DNA of 24,000 nucleotides from Chromobacterium violaceum ATCC 12472 (GTDB lineage Bacteria; Pseudomonadota; Gammaproteobacteria; Burkholderiales; Chromobacteriaceae). Shown piece by piece: positions 8,639-17,081 of the stretch. The position numbers were made by a program, and so were the translations under genes. The stretch lies in NCBI RefSeq assembly GCF_000007705.1, contig NC_005085.1:1349752-1373751 (forward strand). Direction: 5' to 3'. The notes beneath the pieces are model-generated. The model searched no databases. It saw only the letters and a list, made by a program, of their open reading frames with translations, and was not told where the DNA came from. Each line of letters starts with the position of its first letter. Position 1 is the first letter of the stretch.

Positions 8639-10126
8639 ATGGGAAATCAGACGGCCTATCAGAGCCTGACCCGCACGTTTGAGCGGCTGCACCGCTTCGG
8701 CCACCTGGGCGCGATCGCCAGCTGGGATCAGGCGGCGATGATGCCGGCCAAGGGCAACGAGGCGCGCGCCGCCGCCCAGGCCGAGCTGCAGGTGCTGATG
8801 CACCAGTTGATCACCTCTCCGGAACTGGAGCGGCAGCTGCAGCAAGCCGAGCAGGAGAATCTGAACGACGCGCAGCGCGCCAGCCTGCGCGAGATGCGCC
8901 GCGAATGGCAACAGGCCAATCTGCTGCCCGCCGAGCTGGTGGAAGCCAAGACGCTGGCCGCCTCCCGCTGCGAGCATGCCTGGCGCGAGCAGCGCAAGCA
9001 CAACGACTGGCAAGGCTTCTTGCCGAATTTCCGCGAGGTGCTGAGGCTGGCGCGCGAGGAGGCCGCGCTGCTGGCAGAGGCGAACGGCGTCAGCCGCTAC
9101 GACGCCTTGCTGGACAAGTACGAGCCGGACATGAAGAGCGCGGAGATCGCGCGCATTTTCGACGACGTGAAGTCCTGGTTGCCGAGCCTGATCGAGCGGG
9201 TCCGCGCCAAACAGGCCGGCGAGGCCGTGATCCGCCCGCAAGGGCCGTTCCCGGTCGAGCGGCAGCGCGAGCTGGGGCTGGAGGCGATGAAACTGCTGGG
9301 CTTCGATTTCGACGGCGGCAGGCTGGATGTCAGCACCCATCCGTTCTGCGGCGGGGTGCCGGAGGATGTGCGCATCACCACGCGCTACCGCGACGACGAC
9401 TTCGCGCAGAGCCTGATGGGCATCATCCACGAGACCGGTCACGCCCGTTACGAGCAGGGCCTGCCGCGCGATCTGTTGGCGCTGCCGGTCGGCCGCGCCC
9501 GCTCGATGGGCATACACGAGAGCCAGAGCCTGTCGTTCGAAATGCAACTGGGCCGCAGCCAGGGCTTCCTGCAATTGCTCGCGCCGATGCTGCGCCGCCA
9601 TTTCGGCGACCAGCCCGCCTTCGAGGCCGGCAATCTGGCCCGGCTGTTCACCCGGGTGGAGCCCGGCTACATCCGCGTCGACGCCGACGAGCTGTGCTAC
9701 CCGGCGCACGTGATCCTGCGCTTCGAGATCGAGCGCGCGCTGATCGACGGCGAGATCGAGGCCGAGGACGTGCCGGCGCTGTGGGACCAGAAGATGATGG
9801 CCTACCTGGGCGTGGACACGCGCGGCAACTACCGCGAAGGCTGCCTGCAGGACATCCACTGGACCGACACCTTCGGTTACTTCCCCAGCTACACGCTGGG
9901 CGCGATGTACGCGGCGCAATACTTCGCGACGATGCGCCGGCTGGATCCCGCGCTGGACGGGAAAATCGGCAGCGGCGAACTGGAGCCGGTGTTCGGCTGG
10001 CTGCGCGACCACATCTGGAGCCAGGGCAGCCGCTGGAGCACCGACGAACTGGTTCGGCGCGCCACCGGCGAGGCGCTGAACCCGGCCCACTACCGCGCCC
10101 ACCTTGAGGCGCGCTATCTGGGTTAA
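8639..10126 (+). CDS. Carboxypeptidase Taq-type metallopeptidase (M32 family)
   Basis: AAGGAGA at 8627-8633 precedes the ATG at 8639. M32 signatures HPFCGG, zinc motif HETGHARYEQG, HESQS, IRVDADELCYPAHVILRFEIE, DIHW. Confidence 0.94.
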   Translation: MGNQTAYQSLTRTFERLHRFGHLGAIASWDQAAMMPAKGNEARAAAQAELQVLMHQLITSPELERQLQQAEQENLNDAQRASLREMRREWQQANLLPAELVEAKTLAASRCEHAWREQRKHNDWQGFLPNFREVLRLAREEAALLAEANGVSRYDALLDKYEPDMKSAEIARIFDDVKSWLPSLIERVRAKQAGEAVIRPQGPFPVERQRELGLEAMKLLGFDFDGGRLDVSTHPFCGGVPEDVRITTRYRDDDFAQSLMGIIHETGHARYEQGLPRDLLALPVGRARSMGIHESQSLSFEMQLGRSQGFLQLLAPMLRRHFGDQPAFEAGNLARLFTRVEPGYIRVDADELCYPAHVILRFEIERALIDGEIEAEDVPALWDQKMMAYLGVDTRGNYREGCLQDIHWTDTFGYFPSYTLGAMYAAQYFATMRRLDPALDGKIGSGELEPVFGWLRDHIWSQGSRWSTDELVRRATGEALNPAHYRAHLEARYLG

Positions 10127-10149
10127 GGGCTGTTGGCGCTCAGGCGCAT

Positions 10150-10171
10150 GCCATCTGCGATTGCAGATGGC
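10150..10171. terminator. Perfect 9-bp hairpin between convergent genes (possible terminator, no U-tract)
   Basis: gccatctgc-gatt-gcagatggc, 24 nt downstream of the M32 stop. There is no T-run on either side, so the terminator role is uncertain. Confidence 0.3.
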
Positions 10172-10426
10172 CGCGCCAATCCGCGAACTGGACCTCTTCC
10201 CGCCCCGGGTAGGCCGGCACCACCTGGCGGCGCGCTGTCGTCGCGCAGCGCCCGCAGGCGATCAAGGATGCCGGGACAGGATGGAATGGCCAGGTTTTGC
10301 AGCAGTTGCTCGCGCTGAACATGGTCCAGTTCGATGGCCATGGCTGTGGCCTGTCGTGGTGGGCGCCGTGGCAGACTAGCGGCAGGCCATGTCATGGCGC
10401 TTTGGATTGTCAATGAAATCAGACGA

Positions 10427-11311
10427 TTATGGTGTTTCATCGTCCAGCAGGAATGATTCCAGCATGGCTGCCATGCTTTCTGGCTGCTCCCATTGCAGCA
10501 TGTGTCCGGCGCCGGCCACCGTCGCCTCGCTGAGACGGGAGAAGCAGGCGCGGCGCTGGTCCAGCGTGGCCAGCACGTCGTTGACGATGGGGTGGTCGAA
10601 CGGGTGCTCGCCCAGCAGCCATAGCACCGGCGCGGTGATGCGGCGCCAGCAGGCCATCGCTTCCTCCAGCCGGTACAAGACCGGATTGACCATCTTGTGG
10701 CGGGGATCGGCGCGGTAGACGAAGCCGCCATCGACAGGGCGGGTCAGCTCGGCGGCCAGCCAGCGTGCCCGTTCGGGCGTCAGCATCGGGTTGCGCGCGA
10801 CCAGCTTGTTCGCCGCCTGTTCCAGGCTTGCCATCGGCTCGAAGCCGATGGATTGGCTGGTTTCCCTCAGCCAACGGCCATAGCGGCCGGGGGCCTCGGA
10901 CGGTCGGGTCGGATTGAGGCCGAAACCTTCCGCCAGCACCAGCTTTTCTATCCTCTGCGGACAGACGCCGGCGTAGATGCCGGCGATCATCGCGCCCATG
11001 CTGTGGCCCAGCAGATTCACCGGACGCCCGGGCGACAGCTGGCGCAGCAAGTCGTCCAGATCGGCGAGGTAATCGGGAAAATAGTAACTGCCATCGTTCC
11101 ACTGGCTGTCGCCGAAACCGCGCCAGTCCGGCGCCACCACCTGCCATTCGCTGGAGAGCGCGTCCACCATGAATTGAAAGGTGGCTGAGCTATCCATCCA
11201 GCCATGAAGCAATATCAGAAGCGGCGCGTGCTCGGGGCCCCATCGGCGCAGGTGATGGCGGCGCCGGTTGAGCGTCAGATACTGGCTGGAGGAAGGGGTC
11301 ATGCCTGGCAT
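10427..11311 (-). CDS. Alpha/beta-fold hydrolase
   Basis: 294-aa ORF with LLILLHGW (oxyanion region), nucleophile elbow GHSMGA, and a late GAGHMLQWEQPE His region. Alternative start at ATG 11302. Confidence 0.9.
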   Translation of the reverse strand: MPGMTPSSSQYLTLNRRRHHLRRWGPEHAPLLILLHGWMDSSATFQFMVDALSSEWQVVAPDWRGFGDSQWNDGSYYFPDYLADLDDLLRQLSPGRPVNLLGHSMGAMIAGIYAGVCPQRIEKLVLAEGFGLNPTRPSEAPGRYGRWLRETSQSIGFEPMASLEQAANKLVARNPMLTPERARWLAAELTRPVDGGFVYRADPRHKMVNPVLYRLEEAMACWRRITAPVLWLLGEHPFDHPIVNDVLATLDQRRACFSRLSEATVAGAGHMLQWEQPESMAAMLESFLLDDETP

Positions 11312-11393
11312 TCCCGATGAGGTGGAGCCGCCCAGTGTAAACGCATGCCGGCCTGGCGGGTAGTGAGGCGGATCGGCACGGAGCCAATCTCAA

Positions 11394-12044
11394 GCCGCTT
11401 GAAATGAAGATGTCATCAATGTTTATATTTCAGGTGGAATTTGGTGATATTTTTAAATTATATATTTAAGATCTTGTCAGATTGATGCAAGAATACTACA
11501 GCTTGACCTTTCGATTCCGGATCGGCGATTTCCAATAAAAACACTTATATATCAATGATTTGAGTTTAAACTTCGCCTGAGTTTTAGCGTAAGCGTGTGT
11601 TGAAAGTTCTGTCCGGTTTGGTTTAACCTAGCGTCTCCATCACACCTACTCCGCGCTGCAGAGGACTTCCTCACCGGCTCGCCAGGCGTGATGAGAGCTG
11701 AGCATTGTCCAGTCATGACGTGGGATCAGGATGCCGCTGAAGCGGGCCCGATTTCCTATCTTCTGGTACCGCACCCTCCCTTTTTTTCAATCTGATGACG
11801 AATGGTCTTCAGATTATGTTGATAAGATTTGATGTATTTTGTGAAATCTGATCATCTGTTTGCTAACAGATAGGGGCGTGCAACCGGGGTGTCAGATGGA
11901 CGCGGCGAGGGAGCATCTCAAGCGCGGGCAGGAATCGCAAGATTGTCGAAGATGCCTTGACGTGTCGGACCGCTCTTCAACTTCTGCCCCTGGGGCAGAC
12001 AATCGGGCAAACGCACTGCCTGCAAATTCAACGGAGACTTTTAA
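11394..12044 (+). promoter_or_regulatory. Long AT-rich non-coding leader/regulatory region of the fimbrial operon
   Basis: No convincing ORF on either strand; the only track ORF here is the 62-aa TTG-initiated 11860-12048 (+). Composition is strikingly AT-rich (e.g. 11400-11600, 11780-11860) against GC-rich surroundings, and it sits directly upstream of the major pilin gene. Confidence 0.6.
11819..11847 (+). promoter_or_regulatory. Candidate sigma70 promoter for the fimbrial operon (TTGATA-N17-TGAAAT)
   Basis: TTGATA at 11819-11824, 17-nt spacer, TGAAAT at 11842-11847. It is followed immediately by the 7-bp inverted repeat ATCTGTT-N4-AACAGAT (11854-11871). Read by eye only. Confidence 0.3.
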
Positions 12045-12569
12045 ATGAAACAGATCGTAACTGCTGCGCTGATCGGCCTGGGCGTGTACTCTTCCGGCGC
12101 CATGGCCGCCGATGGCAAAATCACCGTCACTGGAAACATCGTGGCTCAGACCTGCAACATCGCGGGCACTTCCGGTCAGAACGTAACCGTGACCCTGCCG
12201 ACCGTCGGCGCTTCCGCTCTGGCCAGCTCCGGCCAGACCGCCGGCGCCACGCCGTTCGCGATCAACCTGAGCAACTGCCCGAGTGGTCTGAAGAACGCGC
12301 AAACCCGCTTTGAAGTGGGCCCGACCGTCAACCCGACCTCCGGCAACCTGCTGAACAGCACCGGCGCGGGCTCCGCCACCAACGTTGAAGTTCAACTGCT
12401 GAACAACAATTTCAACGCCATCAATCTGAGCACCAACGCCAATTCCCAAGTGGTGCCGATCAGCGGCGGCTCCGCCACCATGGGTTACTACGCCCAGTAC
12501 ATCGCCACTGGCGCCGCCGGCGCGGGTTCGGTGAACACCAGCGTTCAGTACTCGATGACCTACCAATAA
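12045..12569 (+). CDS. Type 1-like fimbrial major subunit (pilin)
   Basis: GGAGA at 12033-12037. Signal peptide ending AMA; donor-strand region DGKITVTGNIVAQTCNI with a Cys pair (QTC...SNC). C-terminal pilin strand VQYSMTYQ. Confidence 0.92.
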   Translation: MKQIVTAALIGLGVYSSGAMAADGKITVTGNIVAQTCNIAGTSGQNVTVTLPTVGASALASSGQTAGATPFAINLSNCPSGLKNAQTRFEVGPTVNPTSGNLLNSTGAGSATNVEVQLLNNNFNAINLSTNANSQVVPISGGSATMGYYAQYIATGAAGAGSVNTSVQYSMTYQ

Positions 12570-12581
12570 AACGGCGTCATG

Positions 12582-12621
12582 CGGCAGGCGGCTCAGCGTG
12601 AGCCGCCTGCCGATCTTTTTT
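12582..12621 (+). terminator. Intrinsic terminator/attenuator between pilin and chaperone genes
   Basis: Perfect 14-bp stem cggcaggcggctca / tgagccgcctgccg with a 3-nt loop, followed by atcttttttg. It starts 13 nt after the pilin stop. Confidence 0.85.
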
Positions 12622-12641
12622 GCATGGAGGCGGGGTTGGAA

Positions 12642-13391
12642 ATGAAACAGGCAGTATGGCGAGGAGCGCTTGCTCTTGCGATTGCGGGATCGGCATGGAC
12701 CGGCGCGGCTTCGGCCGGCGTGGTGGTGTCCGGCACCCGCGTCGTGTACAAGGCCGAGGACCGCGAGGTGACCGTCAAGGTCAACAATCCCGGCAAGGAG
12801 CCTTCCTTGGTGCAGGTGTGGGCCGACAAGGGCAATGAGAAGTCCGTGCCCGATACCGCCGATGCGCCTTTCCTGATCATGCCGCCGATTTTCCGTGTCG
12901 ATCCTGCCAAGGGCCAGACCCTGAGACTGACCTTCACCGGCGCGGATCTGCCCAAGGAACGCGAGTCGGTGTTCTGGCTGAACGTGCTGGATGTGCCGCC
13001 GCTGCCCAAGGCCGCGAGCGAGCAGCGCAATTTCATGCAAGTCGCTTTCCGTTCTCGCATCAAGCTGTTCTATCGCCCCGTCGGCCTGCCGGGCACGCCG
13101 GACGAAGCGGCCGACAAGCTTTCCTGGTCTTTGCTGCCGCAGGCCGGCGGCAAGGGCTACATGCTGCGAGCCTCCAATCAGGCCGCGTACCACGTTTCGC
13201 TGAACCGGGCGGTTCTGCTGGTGGGCAAACATGAATATGAAACCGACGGCGGCATGGTTCCGCCGGGCGGCAGCCACGATTTCGCGCTGAAGGATCTGAA
13301 ACTCAAGCCGGAAGGCGCTTTGAAGCTCAACTACGAGAGCATCAATGATTACGGTGCCCCGGTCGCGCACAGCATATCCCTCGCTCACTGA
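12642..13391 (+). CDS. Periplasmic fimbrial chaperone (PapD/FimC-like)
   Basis: I prefer ATG 12642 (MKQAVWRGALALAIAG signal peptide; GGAGG at 12626-12630). The track start at 12579 would run through the terminator hairpin. Chaperone motifs GTRVVYKAEDREVTVKVNNPG, LVQVW, FWLNVLDVPP, KLFYRP. Confidence 0.93.
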   Translation: MKQAVWRGALALAIAGSAWTGAASAGVVVSGTRVVYKAEDREVTVKVNNPGKEPSLVQVWADKGNEKSVPDTADAPFLIMPPIFRVDPAKGQTLRLTFTGADLPKERESVFWLNVLDVPPLPKAASEQRNFMQVAFRSRIKLFYRPVGLPGTPDEAADKLSWSLLPQAGGKGYMLRASNQAAYHVSLNRAVLLVGKHEYETDGGMVPPGGSHDFALKDLKLKPEGALKLNYESINDYGAPVAHSISLAH

Positions 13392-13444
13392 TCATCCCGC
13401 TCGAGCCAGCCTGGCCCGCGCGCACCCGCAGGACTCAACCAGCC

Positions 13445-16000
13445 ATGACGCACATGACGACACGACAGCCCGCTCGACGGTGGGATCTCAGCCCGCTCAG
13501 CCTGCTGATTTTCGGGCTGTTTGGCGGCCAGGCTACCTGGGCGGACGGGCCTGCGGCGGTCGCCGCAGCGCAGGATGAGGTGCAGTTCAACCCGGTGTTC
13601 ATCAATCAGAACGCCAATGGGAAAAAGGTGGATCTCAGCCGTTTCAACCAGATGGGCGGCGCGTTTCCCGGCAATTACCGGGCCGATGTCTTCGCCAACG
13701 CGGCCTGGATCGGCCGCCGCGACGTGCAGATGAAGGAGCAGGACGAGGGCAGGGTGCTGGCCTGCTTCAACCGAGCGATGCTGGACGACCTGGGCGTGGA
13801 TTTTTCCCGGCTGCCGCAGTCCGCCGCGGTGCCGGGCCGAGATGAGCCGAGCCGCTGCGTGGATATCGCTGCCGTGGTGCCGGGCGCGTTTTCCAGCTTC
13901 AACAGCGGCGATCTGCGGTTGGATGTCAGCATTCCCCAGAAATACCTGCGGGCCAAGGCGCGCGGCTACGTCGCGCCGGAATACTGGGACGCGGGCGCCC
14001 CGTTCGCCGGCTTCCTCAATTACAACGCCAATAGCTACCGTTACGATAACGGCGGTGCCGGCAAATCTACCCAGTATTATCTCGGCGCCAACGCGGGCCT
14101 CAACATGGGCTTGTGGCGTTTCCGCTATAACGGTTCGCTGACCCAGCAGGATAACGGCAAGGGCCAGCGCCAGCGCAGCTATCAAAGCGCTTCGGCCTAC
14201 ACCCAGCGCGATGTGACTGCCTGGAGCTCCGTGCTGACCCTGGGCGATTACTTCACGCCGTCCGACATGTTCAGCAGCGCGCCATTCCGCGGCGTGCAGC
14301 TGAGCTCCGATGACCGGATGCTGCCCGAATCGCTGCAGGGTTATGCGCCGGTGGTGCGCGGCGTGGCCGAGACCAATGCCAAAGTGTCCGTTCGGCAGAA
14401 TGGCAACCTGATTTATGAAAACGTGGTGCCGCCGGGCGAATTCAGCATCGACGACCTCTACAACACCGGCTTTTCGGGCGACCTGGAAGTGACGGTCACC
14501 GAGGCGGATGGCCGCGTGCGCAAATTCGTCGTGCCCTATGCCTCCGTGCCCCAGCTGCTGCGCGAAGGGCAGTCCCGTTACGCGGTCACCGCCGGCCAAT
14601 GGCGAGACAGCACGCTGAACAAGCGGCCGAACTTCGTGCAGGCGACCTATCAGCGCGGCATCAGCAACAGCCTGACCCTGTATGGTGGCCTGATCGCAGC
14701 CGACCGCTACCAGTCGGCGCTGTTCGGCTCCGGCGTGAATACCCCGTGGGGCGCGCTGGCGCTGGACGTGACCCAGTCCTGGGCCAGCGATCTGCCGTTC
14801 AATGCCAGCAGCAGCACGATGCAGGGCCAGAGTTACCGGGTGACCTATAGCAAGCTGATGGAGGCGACGCGCACCAACTTCACGGTCGCCGCCTATCGCT
14901 TTTCCACCGCGGGCTTCCTTGAGCTGCGCGACTATGCCAGCCTGATCAACCAGGTCGGCGTGGTCTACCGCGCCAAGAACAAGTTTCAGCTGAATGCCGA
15001 CCAGCCCTTGGGCGACGGCCGCGGGCACGTGTTCCTGACAGGATCCACGCAGGATTACTGGAACCAGAAGGGCCGCGACCTGACTTACCAGTTGGGTTAC
15101 AGCAACAGCTTCAAGTCGGTGAGCCTGAATCTGTCCGCCGGCCGCACCCAGGATTCGACCGGCCGCATCGTCAACCAGTACATGCTGAGCCTGTCCATGC
15201 CCTTGGGCCGCGAGCCGTCGTCTCCGCTGCTGAGCAGCAGCGTCAGCGGCAGCAGCGACCGCAGCGGCAGCGCCCAAGTCAACCTGAGCGGCACCACCGG
15301 CGAGCTGCGCAACCTCAGCTACAACGTCTACGCCAATGCCAACCGCGACCGCGCGGGCGCCAACAGCAGCGGCGGCGGCGGCAGCGTGCAGTACGCGACC
15401 TCGGTGGCCACGCTCACCGCCGGCGCCAGCGCCAGCGGCAGCACCTCGCAGGCCAACGCGGGCATCAGCGGCGCGCTGGTGTTCCACCCGGGCGGCGTGA
15501 CCGCGGCTCAATCGCTGGGCGAATCCTTCGCCGTAGTCGAGGCGCCGGGCGCGGAAGGCGCCGCGGTGAGCAACACCAACGGCGTTCGCGTCAACAAGAG
15601 CGGTTATGCGGTGGTGTCGTCGCTGATGCCGTATCGCCAGAATGAAATCACGCTCGATCCCAAGGGCATGAGCCAGGATGTGGAGCTGCAGGAAACCAGC
15701 GTGCAGGACGCGCCGCGCGCCGGCGCCATCGTGATGCTGAAGTTCAATACCCAGCAGGGCAAGCCGGTGATCGTGGCGCTGAAGCGGCCGGACGGCAGCC
15801 ATCTGCCGGTGGGCGCGACTGTCAGCGGCGGCAATGGCGAGGACTTCCTCACCATGGTGGGGCAAGGCGGGCGCGCTTTCCTGCGCGGCATGGAAGGCAA
15901 GCAGCTGATGGCCAGCTGGGGCAGCGAAGCGGGCCAGCAATGCCGCTTCAGCTACCAATTGCCGCAGAAGCAGGCGGATGCCGTCTGCGCGCCGCAATGA
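13445..16000 (+). CDS. Outer-membrane fimbrial usher (FimD/PapC-like)
   Basis: 851-aa ORF. Signal peptide, then the usher N-terminal pattern VQFNPVFINQ...VDLSRF. Its size and its position between the chaperone and adhesin genes are typical. Confidence 0.93.
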   Translation: MTHMTTRQPARRWDLSPLSLLIFGLFGGQATWADGPAAVAAAQDEVQFNPVFINQNANGKKVDLSRFNQMGGAFPGNYRADVFANAAWIGRRDVQMKEQDEGRVLACFNRAMLDDLGVDFSRLPQSAAVPGRDEPSRCVDIAAVVPGAFSSFNSGDLRLDVSIPQKYLRAKARGYVAPEYWDAGAPFAGFLNYNANSYRYDNGGAGKSTQYYLGANAGLNMGLWRFRYNGSLTQQDNGKGQRQRSYQSASAYTQRDVTAWSSVLTLGDYFTPSDMFSSAPFRGVQLSSDDRMLPESLQGYAPVVRGVAETNAKVSVRQNGNLIYENVVPPGEFSIDDLYNTGFSGDLEVTVTEADGRVRKFVVPYASVPQLLREGQSRYAVTAGQWRDSTLNKRPNFVQATYQRGISNSLTLYGGLIAADRYQSALFGSGVNTPWGALALDVTQSWASDLPFNASSSTMQGQSYRVTYSKLMEATRTNFTVAAYRFSTAGFLELRDYASLINQVGVVYRAKNKFQLNADQPLGDGRGHVFLTGSTQDYWNQKGRDLTYQLGYSNSFKSVSLNLSAGRTQDSTGRIVNQYMLSLSMPLGREPSSPLLSSSVSGSSDRSGSAQVNLSGTTGELRNLSYNVYANANRDRAGANSSGGGGSVQYATSVATLTAGASASGSTSQANAGISGALVFHPGGVTAAQSLGESFAVVEAPGAEGAAVSNTNGVRVNKSGYAVVSSLMPYRQNEITLDPKGMSQDVELQETSVQDAPRAGAIVMLKFNTQQGKPVIVALKRPDGSHLPVGATVSGGNGEDFLTMVGQGGRAFLRGMEGKQLMASWGSEAGQQCRFSYQLPQKQADAVCAPQ

Positions 16001-16044
16001 GGCCCGGAAAGGGCAGCCAGAGATACCGGGAAAGCGATAGGAAT

Positions 16045-17010
16045 ATGAAAAAACTGATTTGCCGAGGATTGCGGGGATGGCTGTTGGCCTTGCTGTTGGC
16101 CATGCCGCTGACCAGCCACGCGCTGGGCTGCTGGAATGGAAGCAACAGCTCCGGCAACGTCACGTCCACTTTCAACCTGCCCGGCAACTTGTTCGTCTCT
16201 GCCAACGCGCCGGTCGGAACCATCATCTGGCAATCGTCATTGCAGAATCTCAGCCTGTATTGCTCGCAGAGCATAGGCGAAAACGTGTATTTCTGGGTGA
16301 ATCCGAAGAGGGCGACGCTGGCGCCTGGGCTGCAGATCGGCATTATTTTCAATGGCCAGACCTATACCCAGAGCAGCGGCGCCATCGACACCGGCATTTA
16401 CGTGCCGCGGGGAGGCTACGTCAATACCGTCCTGCAATACTCCATCGTGCTGCTGAAGACCGCGGGCGCGCCGTCCAGCGGCTCTTCCTCGATCAACCAG
16501 TACTCGGTGTTCCAGCTGGACGGCATCGGCGGCATCAACGCCGCGCCGGGCATCAACTTCAACCAGCTGATCAACGGCAGCGTGACTTTCACGCCCGGCG
16601 GCACCTGCGATCTGAGCGCCAACGGCCAGTACACGATCAATCTGCCGACTGTCGCCAGCGGACAGTTTCCGGCGGTGGGCAGCGCGATGTCGCGCAATGC
16701 TTTCACCATCAGCGCCGTCAATTGCTCCACCGGCGTCAGGACGGCGACTTTCCGCTTCTCGGGAACGGCCGATTCCAACAACCCGGTGTTGTTCGCCAAC
16801 ACCGGCGGTACGGCGCGGGGCGTGGCCATCAATCTGGGCAGCTCGGCCGACGGCGCCAACATCGGCGCCAACACCACCAACAATACCCGGGTGGTGAACG
16901 TGCAGTCTCAGCAAGCGCAGCTGGGCTTGTTCGTGGAATACATGCGGACGGCGAACATCGTGCCGGGAAGCTTGCAGACGGCGGTGACGATAGACATGCT
17001 GTACCAGTAG
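16045..17010 (+). CDS. Two-domain fimbrial tip adhesin (FimH-like architecture)
   Basis: I prefer ATG 16045 (MKKLICRGLRGWLLALLLAMPLTSHA signal peptide); the track start 15940 overlaps the usher. The N-terminal domain of about 170 aa has a Cys pair (GCWNG...LYCSQ). The C-terminal pilin domain starts GSVTFTPGGTCDL and ends AVTIDMLYQ. Confidence 0.85.
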   Translation: MKKLICRGLRGWLLALLLAMPLTSHALGCWNGSNSSGNVTSTFNLPGNLFVSANAPVGTIIWQSSLQNLSLYCSQSIGENVYFWVNPKRATLAPGLQIGIIFNGQTYTQSSGAIDTGIYVPRGGYVNTVLQYSIVLLKTAGAPSSGSSSINQYSVFQLDGIGGINAAPGINFNQLINGSVTFTPGGTCDLSANGQYTINLPTVASGQFPAVGSAMSRNAFTISAVNCSTGVRTATFRFSGTADSNNPVLFANTGGTARGVAINLGSSADGANIGANTTNNTRVVNVQSQQAQLGLFVEYMRTANIVPGSLQTAVTIDMLYQ

Positions 17011-17031
17011 GCGGCCCCTCCGCCGGCAATG

Positions 17032-17068
17032 AAAAAAGCCTTCGGCTGTTCGCGCCGAAGGCTTTTTT
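17032..17068. terminator. Bidirectional rho-independent terminator between convergent adhesin and mini-pilin genes
   Basis: aaaaaagccttcgg-ctgttcgcg-ccgaaggctttttt. The A-run on the left and T-run on the right allow it to work on both strands. Confidence 0.85.
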
Positions 17069-17081
17069 GCGTTGCGCCAGG

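Noticed and set aside
10386-10398. Palindrome gccatg-t-catggc just downstream of the alpha/beta hydrolase stop
   Set aside because: A 1-nt loop makes a stable terminator hairpin unlikely, and there is no T-tract. A short GC-rich palindrome of this size is unremarkable in this composition.
11404-11469. 21-codon AT-rich mini-ORF (MKMSSMFIFQVEFGDIFKLYI) in the fimbrial upstream region
   Set aside because: It has no RBS, and its codon composition simply reflects local AT-richness. ORFs of this size are expected by chance. Not supportable without conservation or ribosome-profiling data.
12005-12012. c-di-GMP riboswitch (GEMM) in the fimbrial leader, prompted by GGGCAAAC
   Set aside because: Only this short match to the GGCAAA element is present. 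The partnering ACGCAAAGC-type element and the paired helices with tetraloop/receptor architecture are not visible in the surrounding sequence.
11394-12044. fimS-like invertible promoter switch for phase variation
   Set aside because: There is no site-specific recombinase gene in or beside the island. I found no pair of longer inverted repeats bracketing a promoter-sized segment, only a 7-bp hairpin-type dyad with a 4-nt spacer.
13385-15997. 870-aa minus-strand ORF opposite the usher gene, and similar long ORFs antisense to or out of frame with the real genes (3658-5415, 6609-7850, 8510-10102, 11892-13388, 16059-17420, 16237-17517, 17647-19305, 19382-20785, 19983-21131)
   Set aside because: All overlap, on the opposite strand or in another frame of the same strand, genes with strong motif support. 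All have low-complexity Arg/Gly/Ala/His-rich translations and none has a plausible RBS or start context. Treated as GC-driven shadow ORFs.
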